DNA of 64,000 nucleotides, from the NCBI GenBank assembly GCA_013239625.1, contig MU053652.1, forward strand, positions 248,001 through 312,000, read 5' to 3'. A program made the translations under genes and the position numbers. Of the stretch, positions 38,348 through 52,275 are shown piece by piece. Each line of letters starts with the position of its first letter. Within the stretch, counting starts at the first letter, position 1. The notes beneath the pieces were generated by a model that did not search any database, was not told the DNA's origin, and worked only from the letters and a program-made list of their open reading frames with translations. This DNA is from Lama guanicoe (taxonomy: Eukaryota).

Positions 38348-39309
38348 CTGCAACACGGGGCAGAGGCAGACACGCGTGTTAACTGCATCCAGGGTGGCAA
38401 GTGTCCAGGTCACAACCACCGTAAGTTCAGCAATCCAGCACCTGCTCTATGTAGACACTGTATAGAAGGATGGTCCTACTTTCCAGATGCAAGTTGGTTA
38501 TACTATGCCCCCAAATTTACTTTAACAACAATTTTAAGAGGAAAAATACAGTAAGAGGTATTAATTTTTGGTTGATAAAGTATTGCCAAGAAATTCAAAA
38601 TAAATGAAGTAAGACTACCCTCTCAGAGGGAAACTTTAACATCCATACCTGTTGAATCAGAACACAGATACACAAAGAAAACAGTAATTACTAAAATTTA
38701 CCTGAGCAATTACTATGTTCCAGGCACTACTCTAGGAGTCTTGTGTGCATTTCCTCATTTAATTATCACAGGAGGCTAATGAAGATGTTTCTGTCATGAT
38801 CCGCATTTAACACAGGAAGAAACTGAAGTACAGAGAGGTTAATAAACTTGCTCAAAGTAATGGCTACTAAATAAGAAATGTCATGTGAATCTACGCATGG
38901 CTTCTGGGTCTAAAAGACTGAAGGATGAATTATTAATAAAATCTCTTGCCACGTGCTGAAGTGTTTGGGTTCCACTCATGACACAACTTATAGAAATTCA
39001 GAAGAAAATATTATTTTGAAAATACACGTCTGAGGTGTAGATTCTCGGAAGAGTGGGGGCAGTGCAGCATCATTTTTCAATCTCGCTGAATACTCAGAGG
39101 AAAACTTGAGAACCAAAACCCATGGAAAATATGTATAACAAAACCAGATGAAAAGCCGCAAACCCACCAGACTGTTATGGCACTGGAATCTGTGCAGGAG
39201 GAAGAACAAGGGAGCAGTGGGCAGAGTCTGAGAACAAGGGAACCCCAGAAACCCCAGAACAGTGGGTATCCTGTGGAAAGCAGGCAGGCTGAAACTGGGA
39301 CATGTCCAA

Positions 39310-41520
39310 AAGCCTGCATGTGAATGTTCCTCATAGATGTATTTGTAGCAGCCAAAAACTGGAATCAGCCCAGATGTCCTTCGAGACATGACTGGTTAAA
39401 CTAATTGGGTTCATTCATACCAAGGAATACTATTCAGCAATCCAAAGGAGTGACCCACTGATACATTCCACAGCTTGGATGAATCTCCAGGGAATGAGGC
39501 TAAGTGAAAAAACCAGTCAATCCCCAAAGACTATATATATATATACAATATGATCCCATTTATACAGCCTTCTTGAAATGACAACATTACAGAGATGGGG
39601 AACAGATTATTGGTTGTCAGGGGTTAATAAGATGAGAAAGAAGGAGGTGGCTGTAGCTATAAAAGGGAAGGAAAGAGTTCTTTGTGACAAAACTCCTGTA
39701 TCTTGACTGGAGTGGTACTCACATCAATCTGCACATGTGATAAATTGCATAGAACTAAGTGTACACGTGAGTACATGCAAAACTGGTCAAATCTGATAAG
39801 GTTGGTGGATTGTACCAATGTCAGTTTCCTGGTTTTGACATTCTACTAGAGCTAAGCAAGGTAATACCATTGGGGGAAACTGTGAAAGATACACAGAATT
39901 TCTCTGCATTATTTCTTACAACTGTATGTGAATCTAAAATTACCTCTAAATATTTTAAGTGATTAAAGAGAAAAAGTTTTGAAAGTGACAGATATGGAGG
40001 ATAGGCCAGAGATCTTCTTCCAGAAGAAGAAAAACAAAGCAAAGCAACAGAGCAAATATTAAAGTGTCATTCAAGAAAATTTTCCTGAAATTAAAAAAAA
40101 CAAACTATATAATGTATCCGAGAATATTAGTCCAGGGAACAACTGGGCTACAAATGTTGTAACAGTAATACCAAGACAGAGTCTAGTAAAATCATCAGAC
40201 TTTAAAAAAAAAAGGGAAAAAAACTGTTCAGCTAGAACAACACGTGATTCATAAGGGAAAGAAGACGAAATTGTCATCAGATTTTTGACAGCAATGTTTA
40301 CACTGAAAGTAAACAAGAGAAACATTTTTAATATATTCAAGGAAAAAAATGCGAACCATGGACTTTATATATAGCAAGAATGACTTTCAAGTGTAAAGGG
40401 CAGAGAATATTATCAACACACAAGAGTTCAAGAGATACTGATTCCACAGCCCTTCCTGAGGAATCTACTAGAGAACAGGCTTCACACAACTAGAATGACT
40501 CGAGACATCAGCACGAGGGCTGGCGGCGAGAGATCAATATGCAGTTACCCATAGAACTAGGATTAAATGACAGCAAAGGAGAAAGTACAGTACGTGATGG
40601 ATATGTGTTCTGACAATATAAATATAGTGCACTATTTTTAAAATGGAGTGATTGACGCTTATATGAAATATATACAGTAAGCAAATTCATTAAGACAGAA
40701 AGTACATTAGAAGTTACCAGGGTCTGGGAGTAGCAGGAAATGGGAGTTCTGTCTTAATGGTTACAGACTTTCTGTTTGGGGTGATGAAAAAGTTTGGGAT
40801 GCAGATGATGGTGATGGTTGTACAACACTGTGAATGTAATTAAAGCCACTGAACCACACACTTTAAAACGGTTAAAATGGCAAATTTTATGTTACAGATA
40901 TTTTCTGCAATAAAAACTCGAGGTAGGTAGTCAGTGGGAAGAGCACAGGCAAAATATGTTTTTAATGTTTTCAGTAATCATAGTGGTGATAGTATTAGCA
41001 CTGGTAATCTGATACTGTGGGGGTGTAATATGGGGTTTTAAAATTGAGTAATTGTGGGATATTCAAATTCCATCTTCCTGTGTCTTCAGTGAGAGAGAAA
41101 AGGAGATATAGATGTGACAGGAGGTTAAGGAAAAGCTCAACTGTAGTCTTGAAATTGAACTGTAAGTACCAATATGAATTCAGAAGGTATTTTATCATCT
41201 ATCTATAGATATAATGATCTAGATACAGATTAGATATAACAGATTGAATAGATACAGATAGATAGGTACAAATAGGCAAAGGGATGGATGGATGGATGGA
41301 TGGATGGATAGATAGAAAAAAATGGATGGGTGGAAGGAAGGAAGGAAGGAAGGAAGGAAGGAAGGAAGGAAGGAAATACATTCCTAGCTCTGTCCACTAA
41401 AAAGCCTAGAAACAATGGCCAACCCAGGAGCCATGATTATCTCTAGCATCCAGATTGTGATTGGGAAATACCACTTCTCACTAAAACAAACCAGGGCTTC
41501 TTGGAGAAATGGTTGATTTC
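39310..41520 (+). mobile_element. Cluster of old L1 fragments (L1M 3' ends, ORF1-like remnant at about 40050-40450, L1MB-like end at about 40660-40915)
   Basis: gaatactattcagcaat...ggatgaatctccaggg; attcaagaaaattttcctgaaatt (IQENFPE, an ORF1 motif); and a second L1MB tail resembling 19195-19435. Confidence 0.65.
41255..41376. repeat. Compound microsatellite (GATA)n-(GGAT)n-(GGAA)n
   Basis: Read directly from the sequence. It explains the LPSF/HPSI-repeat ORFs. Confidence 0.95.
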
Positions 41521-42988
41521 AGAGTTCAGACAGGGCTTGTACAAGAGGACCCTGGAGAATGCTGTCATAGGAGACAGCAAGAAATCTACCGCTGAATCTC
41601 AGGCCAGAGTCAAGGTTCTGCCAGGTCATTTTAATACTAGATCCTCGCCCCAATCCCACCAGGAGAGGGGACAGTGATTCGCCAATATCACAGCCAAAAA
41701 GTCCCAAGATCAGGAGTCAGGTCCCTCTCCTGGAGCCTGACTCCTGGGGCTGCCAGGAAGCTGTGTCCTGGCCCAGATAGGGAAGGGCATGGCCAGCCTG
41801 CTCCTGCCTCCAAGAGTTTTTCATAATGAACACCGCTCCATCCCGGAGCAGCTGGGGCTGCTTGGCCATTTGCTATTGTCTGCCTGACAGCCAGAAATGA
41901 TCAAGAAAGATGTGTTCATCAGATACCGCTGTAAATATCTTTGATACATATTTTTATATAAATGTACCCAAAAGCATGGAACAACTAGCAATCTCATAAA
42001 CTAGAAAAGAAATACAATGAAGACATAAATGCCCTTCTTTGAAATCAAATGTGCTTTTCCAGATGTATGCAAATAAATGATAAATCATTTCACCTAGAGG
42101 GCTACCATAAATACATAAAACTGTCAACATCTATATTATTAAATTACATGTAAAAAAAATCACGTCCTGGATGCAAAACAAAACATTTTCTCTCTGTGGG
42201 AAACCAACCATGTGAAGCACAGGAGCAAACCACATGAAGAAGAGAAGCCATTTATAACCAAGAGATTTTACAAGTATTTTAAAAATGCCTTTGGGTATTG
42301 ATGGAATTTCTGTATTATACTTATAGCATAAGTGGCCATCTGCTTCAACAGATTGTTTAAAAAGAAATGGAGAAATCGTGGTGAATCTGCCTTCGAACTT
42401 AGAGGTGAGAGACTCTATTCCTGTGTTCAGCCCAGCTGGGCGACTCCTCCCTGCTGGGCTGACTGCAGCTCAGTGTAGCCTCTGTGAAGACTGTGCCTGG
42501 TTTCCCCGAGGCGAGCAGGGCCTCCTTCTGGGGACTCTCCAGTCTATAACCTGTGGACATGGGTGCTCTTTGGCAGGGGTACCTCGCATTCATTCACAGC
42601 TACAGAAAAACTGACCATGGATAGAAATCATCACAGGCCTCCATTAATGAGGCTAAGGTCTGTGGTTCTGTTTGTTGTCACACTTTTTTTTTTTGCCTTT
42701 CACCATCCTATGTCACAGGCTAGCCCCCATTCAAGGGTCCAGACGAGACAGGGAAGTTGAATCTACCCATCGCCATACCTGGGAAAACATAAGTGAGTGA
42801 GTCCCTACTGAAGCACGTGATAACACGCTGTACCTGAGACAGCACAGCCTATCAAAGTAAAAAAAGACCTGATCCCTTCCCTCAGAGAGGTCAGAACGGA
42901 ACAGTCACAAACCAGAGGGCTAGGGGAATGGCGAGGTCGTCCTGCGCTGGCCGTCCCAAGTTCCACCCCGCGGACCCCTAAGGAGTAC

Positions 42989-43095
42989 CTGTCAAAGATC
43001 CTCTGTGGCTGCATCAAGCTGTTGACAACGTGGGTCATGTGATCTTGGGCTGCGACCACCTCGGGGGGCGGCTTGTATTTATTCACGGCCATAAC
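42989..43095 (-). CDS. LRGUK: LRGUK internal coding exon (probably exon 10), linker: VMAVNKYKPPPEVVAAQDHMTHVVNSLMQPQRIFD(S)
   Basis: 107 bp, phase 0 to 2. Acceptor aaAG at 43096-43097, donor GTACTC at 42983-42988. Lies inside ORF 42805..43272 and matches recalled LRGUK VSAVNKYDPPPEVVAVQDHLTHVVNSVMQPQRIFDS. Confidence 0.94.
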
Positions 43096-44319
43096 CTTTT
43101 CCAGAATTAGAAACGCGAAGGGAAAACACATTTCATTGTAAAAACAAAGATGAGGCTTAGGTTTTCTTTCATGAAATGTTCTAGGAAACGTGCAACCAGG
43201 AACCTTTGTGTTCAGTCTTGGCCACCTACTTCTATATATTCCCTGGTTCGGGAGGGAAAAAAGCAAAAACAAAACCTCTAAGGTCTAAGATGATCTTTAA
43301 TATAGTAAACACTTCAACTTCTAGTACAAGAAGGAGGAATGAAATTCATAGTTCTAGATTCCAGGCTGGTAACTACTGCAGAATTTTTCCTCATGCCATC
43401 TCACCAAGAACTATTCCTGAGATCTCAAATTCTACCCCAAACTCTTCCTCTTTTAGAATAACGTTCTCTGCTCAGAGATATGGGCCTTTTCCTCATACTG
43501 TCCGGTTCTCTATTCCCTTGTCCTTGTCATCCCTCTAAATAAACTGTCATCATCCACACCTTTAACTAATGCGTGGTTTTAAGTTGCATTCCCTTCGCAA
43601 AACGTTAAGGGGAAAGAGAAATCTAGTAAGTGCCTTTGAGTGTGTGAGTAATAACAAACTAGCTTCTGTACCTATTTTTAACCAAGGTTTCAGAAAGGCA
43701 TTTATGCACTGGGGTATCTCCCTCTCTGCATCCTTATACCTGCTTTTTCATTCCCATCTCAAGTCTGCATCAGGGGTGAGAAACTTCTCATGAGTGGAGA
43801 TTTCAGCTGACACTAGTCACGAAAACATGACACAGCAGCTACCACGGGTACGGTGGTGGGGGGGCAGTGCCAGGGTCTGGTTACTCCGGAGCTGTGTGTC
43901 CAGAGAAATCATTATCTTACAGAGCAGAATAAAGGATTTAAAATATCAGAATAGTGATTTATTTGAGTCTTTTTGAATTCTGTGGTAGAATGACATCATA
44001 ATTCATTTCATTATGAAATGAATTTTTAGAGTAACACAGATAGACTCACACACCCTCCAAATATGACACTTATCCAAACTAGCAGTCGGCCGTTCTGCTG
44101 CCAGCCTTGCACACACAGCAGGGCTCTCCCTGCATCTGCGGGGATGCTCCGCTTTGCAGAGGGTTAAACACAGCCTCAGACAAGGAAACACTCCCCCAAT
44201 AAATAATGAGTGTACGTGCTGCTCTGTGTGTCATTATGGACCACACCAGTCCTGCAGCAGGCAGAGTGAGCTTTTGAGCCTGTTAACTCATAAACACATG
44301 AAATGATATGACTACTTAC

Positions 44320-44406
44320 CTTTTCTTCCACTTTAATCTTCTTCTGATCTAATTCTGTTAATCGAAGGAGCATAAAAATTACGAAGGGCCAATAGTCAGA
44401 TTCTTC
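44320..44406 (-). CDS. LRGUK: LRGUK internal coding exon (probably exon 9), LRR cap: EESDYWPFVIFMLLRLTELDQKKIKVEEK
   Basis: 87 bp, phase 0/0. Acceptor aacAG at 44407-44408, donor GTAAGT at 44314-44319. Y...VI..L..L..LD cap motif. Overlaps ORF 44176..44373. Confidence 0.95.
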
Positions 44407-45360
44407 CTGTTTAAAACATCAAGGGGATTATTCAGTTGCCTTCCTTTTCCCAAACTGACAAGCACTAGCAGTCTACTTTCATGAGCACAGGATTTTCACC
44501 TACTAACTCTGTCACTCACTCACACACACACACACACACACACACGTCTTCACATTTTCAGTTACCAGTCTCCTTATATTAACAACACAAATGCAGACTG
44601 TGCCTTGTAACTTATAAAGCTTTTCAAACGTGTGATATTGTTAATCTCCCTGTGAGATAAACAGGACAGCTCTGATTATCTTCATTTCTAAAGAGAAAAA
44701 CAAGTAAGACTCAGAGATGTGAAGTATTTCTTCTAAGGTTCCATGGCCAGTGATCAAAACCCTATCCTCTAATGCCAAAGAGTTTCATTATTACAAATAA
44801 GGAAAAATTATTTGTTATTGGTTTCTCATTATTTATGACTTTGCACTGTTTTAGATATTGATTTGTATAATTAATTTATGCATTTGTTTTATAATAAAAT
44901 AATATTCATTCATAGAACAATTCCCTTATCACTCCCCATCATCTGCTGTGTTAGGACTACCTGCCTTTTAGAAATATCATTACAGTTTTTTGGTAATAAG
45001 AAGCTACATCTCTTTGAAGGGAAAGGTATTATGTGGATGATGCATTTTATAGATAAGAATACGCATGAAATGAATATACAAAGGTATCTTTTGTGTACTT
45101 AGGTGTGCAAGACTGGGCGGAGTTAATATATAAATGAGTCAGCATGTGTGACAGGTTTGTGCTGTTTGTTTATGCAAACACCCAGATGCTCTTCATGGGT
45201 CTGGAACTGGGAGGGATGGCTACTTTAAGTCCTTTCTTTCCCAGAGATGCTTCTAAATTACTTGCCACTATTCTCATCCCAAGGATGGTTTTAATTTTAA
45301 AATCTTATTTTTCATTTTGATTTTTTGCCTGTCCAGACATGTTTATCAAGACACACACAA

Positions 45361-45470
45361 AAGTTCAATCCTCAGCACCTCCTCTAAAGAAAATAAGTAA
45401 ACCTAATTACCTCCCCACACACAAAAAAATTTTTAATTAAGAAATTAAAAAATAATAAATAATTTTTAAA
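45361..45470 (+). mobile_element. 5'-truncated tRNA-derived SINE (Vic-1-like 3' end) with A-rich tail
   Basis: gttcaatcctcagcacctcctctaaa...aaacctaattacctcccc...aaaaaaa (B-box remnant plus tail). Imperfect TSD aagacacacacaa / aagacataaacaa. Confidence 0.65.
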
Positions 45471-46116
45471 AAGACATAAACAAAAGGAAAGGTACTCAGA
45501 GATACATACAAACTCAAGAGTTTATGGAAAGATGAGTGAACGATACAAGTAGAAAAACAGAATGAATGATGTATGCACAAAGAGGGAAGGACAGAGTCCA
45601 GGAGAAAGAATCTATCGCTTGGTGGGGGGGGATCCTTAAAAAGTCACAGATCTTTGATTTCCAGAGGTGAAGAATCAGCAGCAAATACATTGTTTTTTCT
45701 ATAATCACTTTACAATGTCAATATCACAGCTATTCCCAGGCAAATTTCCTGAGGTGTCTAATCTTAGACTTTTTCCTGACCTGTTTTAAAGTAGGAACCA
45801 CATTTCATTTACACCTCAGGCATTGTGCATTCTCTAATGTAAAGGGACACTGCTCTACAATCTCAGTAGCTCCCGCCTGTAATCTTTATTACCTCCCGGG
45901 TGAGTCACAAATGACCACACAGAGTAGGCAACCAGTATTCAATTTCAGGCTTACTCACACCGATGGTGTGCACAGGTGCTACTTTGCTTACCCTTGTAAT
46001 AGAGAATGAAGAGAAACACACCTTATTCACATTCCTGATGTTCTATCAAAAGTACTTCATGAAAAAGAAGAATTTCAGAAAAATCTTCCCTCCTCCCTCT
46101 ACTAAGGATCTCTCAC

Positions 46117-46197
46117 CTGAATTGGATTTCTTAGAAGATTGAGCACCCGAAGGAGAGGTAGGTTTTCAATGTATTCAATTTCACTCAGCTCAGCAAT
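46117..46197 (-). CDS. LRGUK: LRGUK internal coding exon (probably exon 8), last LRR and start of LRR cap: IAELSEIEYIENLPLLRVLNLLRNPIQ
   Basis: 81 bp, phase 0/0. T-rich tract plus cAG acceptor at 46198-46199, donor GTGAGA at 46111-46116. LxxLxLxxNP motif typical of the start of an LRR cap. Confidence 0.95.
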
Positions 46198-47858
46198 CTG
46201 TTTAATCAAAAAAAAAAAAAAACACCACACAAAATATTATCAACAGACTAAATGCACAGACAACAGGAAACATAAAAACAGCTACTTTGGGTCCTCTAAA
46301 CTCAACTTATTTTAAAAATTGTTCTGTTGGAGATACAGAAAATTCCACAAAGCTACGCAGAACAAGGGAATTGTTGCATGTGCCTTAAATAGATGCAAAC
46401 ACACAGCCACATTTTCTTTTTTCTTCTCTGGGTGGAGAACAGTGAGGAAGATGTTCCTCATCTCACCCATGTTTATTTTAAGGCAGAAGTAAAATAGTAC
46501 GTAGAATCAGAGAAACTACAAAAAAACGCATGCAAGGGCTCCGTGGTTTTCTCCATCACTAATCCTTCCAAGCCTCCAGTTCCCTAATTTCTTTTTCCAA
46601 CACTGCTTCTGCTAGTCTGGTGACTTGTAACTGGTGAAGCCTTCTCACTGCATGGACATGTGTGGCTTTATTATTTTTTCAATGAGATAGTTGTTTCAAG
46701 AAAAGATAAAAAATGGGAAATTGTATGACATATTTCTTGATGTGAGTGTTAATGCCTGTTCACCTTAAAATTCTTTCCTAAACTGTATACTTATGTGTTA
46801 TACTTTTTTGTCTAGGTTATTTCACAACTTTAAAAAGTATGGAAAAAAAAGTTGTTTGACAGCTCCTTAGTTTGGGGAGAGAGCTTGGGTTGCAGTCCTG
46901 AATTCTCCACTAAACTAAAGAGAGTTTTCCTTAAATGTTCTGAAATTAGCATAATTATAATCTTATTTCAGATGTAGCTGCTGAACTTTGGCAAAAAATT
47001 AATAATCACTTTCTCATTTGTATTTCTCCCCAAGACATTTCTGCATGCATGGTGAAAGCACTCCAAGAGCAGTCACTGATCATCCCTGAGTTACCCAACC
47101 ACAAAATGCAGCTGAAATGTTAACTATTCCCAAAGCTTAACCAGGGAAAGGACGCATGCAACGTGTTCAAAGGATGCCAGTTTCAAAGATATAATATGAA
47201 AGGTGAATTCTGAGTTACAGTAGACAACCTGCACATGTGAATCTGGTTATAGCTACGTTATGCTTTTTCCATAAGATGACTAGACTCTCCATTAGACTGC
47301 CATTTGGATCATCTATGAGATAAAAGGATCAATTTTTAAATATTGTGTTATTCAGGAAGGTGGAAGAGTCAACTTGGTTCACATCACTCAGTCAGAACTT
47401 TCAAACGATAGATTGATTCCCCACAGCATACAGCTAGCTCTTGAGTTTGGACCTAGCACGATCAGGAGGAGATGTTTTGCCTCAGTCAACATGTCCACGT
47501 GCGCTTGCAGACATTGCTGGTGGGAGCAGAAATTGGCAATCTGGTATGTTACATATGCATAAGCTATAAACCAGCTACACCACTTCGAGAAGAGATCATC
47601 AGATAGGCAAAAATTAGACACATGAACATTCAGTCTAACATTTTCACTGAAAGTTTAACATTTTCTAAGTTCCTGAAAACCCCACCATCATGTGATTAAA
47701 TGAGTCATGGCACAGTCCCATAAAAGGAACACTAAGTACCATTTTAGAAGATGGTGACATCCATGGTGCTTGACATGGAAAGATCTCCCTGAAAACACTG
47801 CAAACACGGTGAATAAAATGGTCACAGACTATGTAAAATACTCTCACTAAGATGTCAG

Positions 47859-48370
47859 CTGGATCATATGGTAAGCCTAGTTTTAGTTTTTAAGGAACTT
47901 CCATGCTGTCCTCTAAAGTGGATGCATCCATTTGCACTCCCACCAACACTGCTGGAGTGTTCCTTTTCCTCCACACCCTCTCCAGCATTTATTATTTGTA
48001 GACTTTTTAATGATGGCCATTCTGACTGTTGTAAGATGATACCTCATTGCAGTTTTGGTTTGCATTTCTCTAACAAAATCAGCGAAATTGAACTGTGGTT
48101 ACCAGAGGGGAAAGGGAGGGGGAGGTATAGTTAGGAGTTTGGGATTAACAGATACACATTATTATATATAAAACAGATAAACAACAAAGACCTACTGTAT
48201 AGCACAGGGAACTGTATTCAGTTTCTTGTAATGAGCTGTAATGGAGAAGAAACTGAAAAAATATATAGGTATGTATGCATGCGTATAACTGAATTGCTTG
48301 GCTGTGCACCCGAAAAAAGCATTGTAAATCAAATAACTTCAATAAAAATAAGAGTTAAAAGAAAAAAAAA
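47859..48370 (+). mobile_element. Short LINE-1 with 5' inversion (antisense segment about 47859-48072, sense 3' end about 48073-48370)
   Basis: The first part reads as antisense L1 (gctggatcatatggta...cattctgactg...catttctctaa). The second part is a sense L1 3' UTR with A-tail. TSD aagatgtcag at 47849-47858 and 48369-48378. Confidence 0.88.
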
Positions 48371-48934
48371 GATGTCAGTTGGGATCAGCTGGTCTTTTGA
48401 GAGACGAATGAGGAATCTAGCTGCCCTCCCAGTCCTTTTGAAGGAAGGATGAAGCAGGTCAGGACAAAGAGGGCACATGTGGAGTAGCCCGGCTTCCAGT
48501 TTCCACATCTGCTGCACACTGGTGATGGGCACCAGGTCCTGGCCATCCTTCTTGTGCTCTCCCTCTCCTGTAGACCTCTCCCCGCAGCAGACCCACCTCT
48601 CTTCAAATCCCAAGACCCAAGGCTGTGTGTGTCACAGGCAATTACAAAGCGTGCAGAGACACAGCACCCCAAACCACCTAAAGTGAAACATTGCCAGAAA
48701 GGTTATATTCTGAAAGAACTTCAGCCATCTGCTGCCAAGAATGTCATACCGGCAGGGCTAATCTCCAGATTCCAGTCAACCCCTCTTCCCCAACTCCTTT
48801 GTCCCTGCTGGCTTCTCCCCACCCTCAAGAAGCTTATCAACTTCCATTAAGCAGGGAGAAGCTGACTCTTTTTCAGTCATTTCCTTCTAGGCCATCCAGA
48901 CCTGAAGGGGCCTGTTAAGGCTTTTTCTTAAAAT

Positions 48935-48988
48935 AGATGATAGATAGGTAGATAGATAGACAGACAGACAGACAGATGGACAGACAGA
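48935..48988. repeat. (GATA)n-(GACA)n microsatellite
   Basis: Read directly from the sequence. Other dinucleotide repeats: (TG)n 2768-2809, (CA)n 44521-44545 and 53184-53206. Confidence 0.9.
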
Positions 48989-49702
48989 GGGATGGAATAA
49001 TGACACTAAGACTCAGAGAAGCAAAACAGCGTTCTCTAAGTAACTCCCAGATCTTGCTTCTAGAAGACTGAGGTTATAACAGAGTTAACATTTGGGGGGT
49101 AAGTTTCAAATGCTAGAAATGACATAAAATCTAAAGAGGGCTACAGAATGACACAGGCCCCCAAATCATCAGTTGATGGTGAACATTTTTCAAGGGACTT
49201 AAAAGAGATGTTCGAATGATCACATGAAAGTCCGGCAATGTTTCAACAGTTAAAACCAAGTAAATAATGCTGATGAAAGTGGTAACAGTAAAAGAGTACT
49301 CCTAACAGCAAGTTAATCATACAAGAACCAACAGCTATGTTACGTTTCTTGTAAATGATAAATTTCCCATCCTTGATACACAGTAATCTCAGTAGTGCTA
49401 GAGAAACCTCTGAGGAAATCTTTGGATGGCTCACAGAGTATTTCAAAGTATTGCTGGTTGCTCCCCAACCTGCCCAGCAGGGAGCAAGGGAACTGTGTTA
49501 TTGTTACGGACCCAATTGTTACCAAAGGGTCCTTCCTTTGGGATACGTGGCTACTTTTTTTTTTTAATGGAGTCTCTTTAACATTTGAAAATTATAAACT
49601 CTTTCCTTCACTTAATAATCCTCCCTTTTTACCCCCTTCAACTTTTCAAAAAGTCTCCTGAAATGAAAGAGAACACTATACTACTCACGAGGTCTTTCTA
49701 GA

Positions 49703-50020
49703 TCTGCGCTCTCCAGTACGGTAGTTACTAGCTGTCTGTGGCCACTCACCACTGGGAATATGGCTGGAATGGTTTCAAATGTACTGTAAGTCCAAAGGAC
49801 ACAACAGATGTCCAAAACGTAGTATGAAACATTAGAATATAGAATATCTCAACAATAATTTTCATGTAGATTATAGGTCAAAATGATAATATTTTAGACA
49901 TACTGGGCTAAATGAAACAAATAATTAATTTCATCTGTTTCTTTTTTACTTTTTTATTGAGGCTACTAAGAAATATAAAATTACATATGTGGCTCACGTT
50001 CATGGTTTACATTATACTTA
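49703..50020. mobile_element. MER3/MER33-like hAT-Charlie element
   Basis: ctgcgctctccagtacggtagttactagc... and aataattaatttcatctgtttctttttactttttt...aaattacatatgtggctcac. Confidence 0.7.
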
Positions 50021-50109
50021 AACCAGAAACCACTCTTCTAGATCATGACAACATACATGCTTCTGAAGGGAAGGTCATTAGCATTTCATTTATGATATGA
50101 TCCTGCAGG

Positions 50110-50360
50110 ATTATGGACAATGACTCTGGGGGCAAATCATTCTATATTTGAATCTTGGCTCTGCTATTCACTAGATGTGTATAACTTTGGGCAAGTTGCT
50201 TAACCTGTCTTTGCTCTAGTTTCTTCATCTGTAAAATATCGATAATAATAGGTTTATAAGGACCATTAAATGAGATGATATATGCAAAGTGCTTAAAACA
50301 GTGCCTTGTGCATAAACATGCAGTGAAACTCTCTAGATTATTTTATGACTGTAATTATTA
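50110..50360 (+). mobile_element. MIR SINE
   Basis: ttgaatcttggctctgctattcactagatgtgtataactttgggcaagttgcttaacct...tttcttcatctgtaaaat core. Antisense MIR relics also appear at about 1240-1350, 10330-10490, 32760-32860 and 38700-38880. Confidence 0.75.
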
Positions 50361-50832
50361 TTACCATTACCCGGTTGAAATTTAATCAGTGCATTCTGCC
50401 TTTTCAACACCCCCTGCATACATGTGCAAACCATTTTAATGACCATCTCATGAAAAAGACACTAAAACCATATGAAACAGAGACTGCATTGACTTCATGA
50501 GACACATGGGACAGTGAACAAAAAAGAGGATTAAAAATCCACTTCTTCCCAGACCTAAAGACTGCCTTTTCTTGATTTTTAGAAATCTAACAGCTAATGG
50601 AAGTTCATTGCAGAAAGTCATCAGGGGCAGCTGATAAGCATAATCATGGCTGAACACAGAAGCACATCTCACCCCAGGTAGGATCTATGTCTCTTTCAGG
50701 GTCAGCCAAACTTTTTATTTTCAAGAAGAAATAAACATTCAACTTTCTTATGATATCTTTCCCCAAAATATGACAAAATATTCAAGATGAATAAAATCAC
50801 AGTGCAGATCTTATTGCATAAGAAGTGAGCTA

Positions 50833-52275
50833 CAACCCGTACACTCACAGTCAATTAATCTTCGACAAAGGAGGCAAGATTATACAATGGAGAAAAGACA
50901 GTCTCTTTGGCAAGTAGTGCTGGGAAAGCTGGACAGTCGCATATAAATCAATGAAGTTGGAACATTCCCTCATATCATACACAAAAATAAACTCAAAATG
51001 GCTTAAAGACTTAAACATAAGACAGGACACTATAAATCTCCTAGAAGAGAATATAGGCAAAACACTGTTTGACATAAATCATAGAAATGTTTTCCTAGGT
51101 CAGTCTACCAAGGCAATAGAAATGAAAGCAAAAATAAACAAAAGGAACCAGATTAAACTTGTAAGCTTTTGCACAGCAAAGGAAACCATAAATAAAATGA
51201 AAAGAACCTACAGAATGGGAGAAAATATTTGCAAACGATGCGACTGACAAGGGCTTAATTTCCGGAATATACAAACAGCTCACACAACTCAATAACAAAA
51301 AAAACAAAAAACCCAACTGAAAAATGGGCAGAAGACCTAAACAGACATTTCTCCAGTGAAGACATACAGATGGCCAACAGGCACATGAAACGATGCTCAA
51401 TACTGCTTGTTATCAGAGAAATGCAAATCAAAACTGCAATGAGGTATCACCTCACATCAGTCAGAAAGGCCATCATTAAAAAGTCCACAAACGATAAATG
51501 CTGGAGAGGGTGTAGAGAAAAGAGAACCCTCCTACACTGTTGGTAGCAATGTAGTTTGGTGCAGCAATTATGGAAAAACAGTATGGAGATTCCTCAAAAA
51601 GCTGAAAACAGAGTTACTATGTGATCCAGCAATCCCACTCCTGGGCATAAATCTGGAGAAAACTCTAATTTGACAAGATACATGCTCATCATAGCACTAT
51701 TTACAACAGCCAAGACATGGAAGCAACCTGAATGTCCATTGGCAGATGACTGGACAAAAATTTGGGGTGTGTGTGTGTGTGTGTGTGTGTACACATACAT
51801 ACACATACACAATGGAATACTACTCAGCCATAAAAAAGAATGAAATAATGTCATTTGCAGCAACATGGATGGACCTAGAGATTATCACACTAAGTGAAGT
51901 AAGTCAGACAAAGAAAGCCAAATATTATATGATATCATTTATATGTGGAATCCAAAAAAATGACACAAATAAACTTATTTACAAAACAGAAACAGACTCA
52001 TAGACATAGAAAACAAATTTATGGTTACCAAAGGGGAAAGGGGCGAAGAGGGATAAATTAGGAGTTTGGATTAGCAGATATAAACTAATACATATAAAAT
52101 AAACAACAGGGTACTACATGTATAGCACAGAGAACTATATTGAATATCTTATAATAACCTATACTGGAAAAGAATATGAAAAAGAATATATATACATTTA
52201 TAACTGAATCGCTATAGTGTACACCAGAAACTAATACAATAGTATGAATCAACTATACTTCAATTAAAGAAAAAA
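50833..52275 (+). mobile_element. 5'-truncated LINE-1 (3' part of ORF2, 3' UTR and A-tail), artiodactyl/camelid type, disrupted
   Basis: ORF fragments YTKINSKWLKDLNIRQDTINLLEENIG and MEYYSAIKKNEIMSFAATWMDLEIITLSEVSQ are L1 ORF2 C-terminal motifs. The tail ends ...aatcaactatacttcaattaaagaaaaa. Degenerate TSD aagtgagcta / aagttagcta. Internal (TG)n at about 51767-51790. Confidence 0.93.

Noticed and set aside
50851..52003. ORFs within the large L1 as functional genes or an active element
   Set aside because: They are fragmented ORF2 remnants with stops, frameshifts and a microsatellite insertion. The element lacks the 5' UTR, ORF1, endonuclease and RT core.
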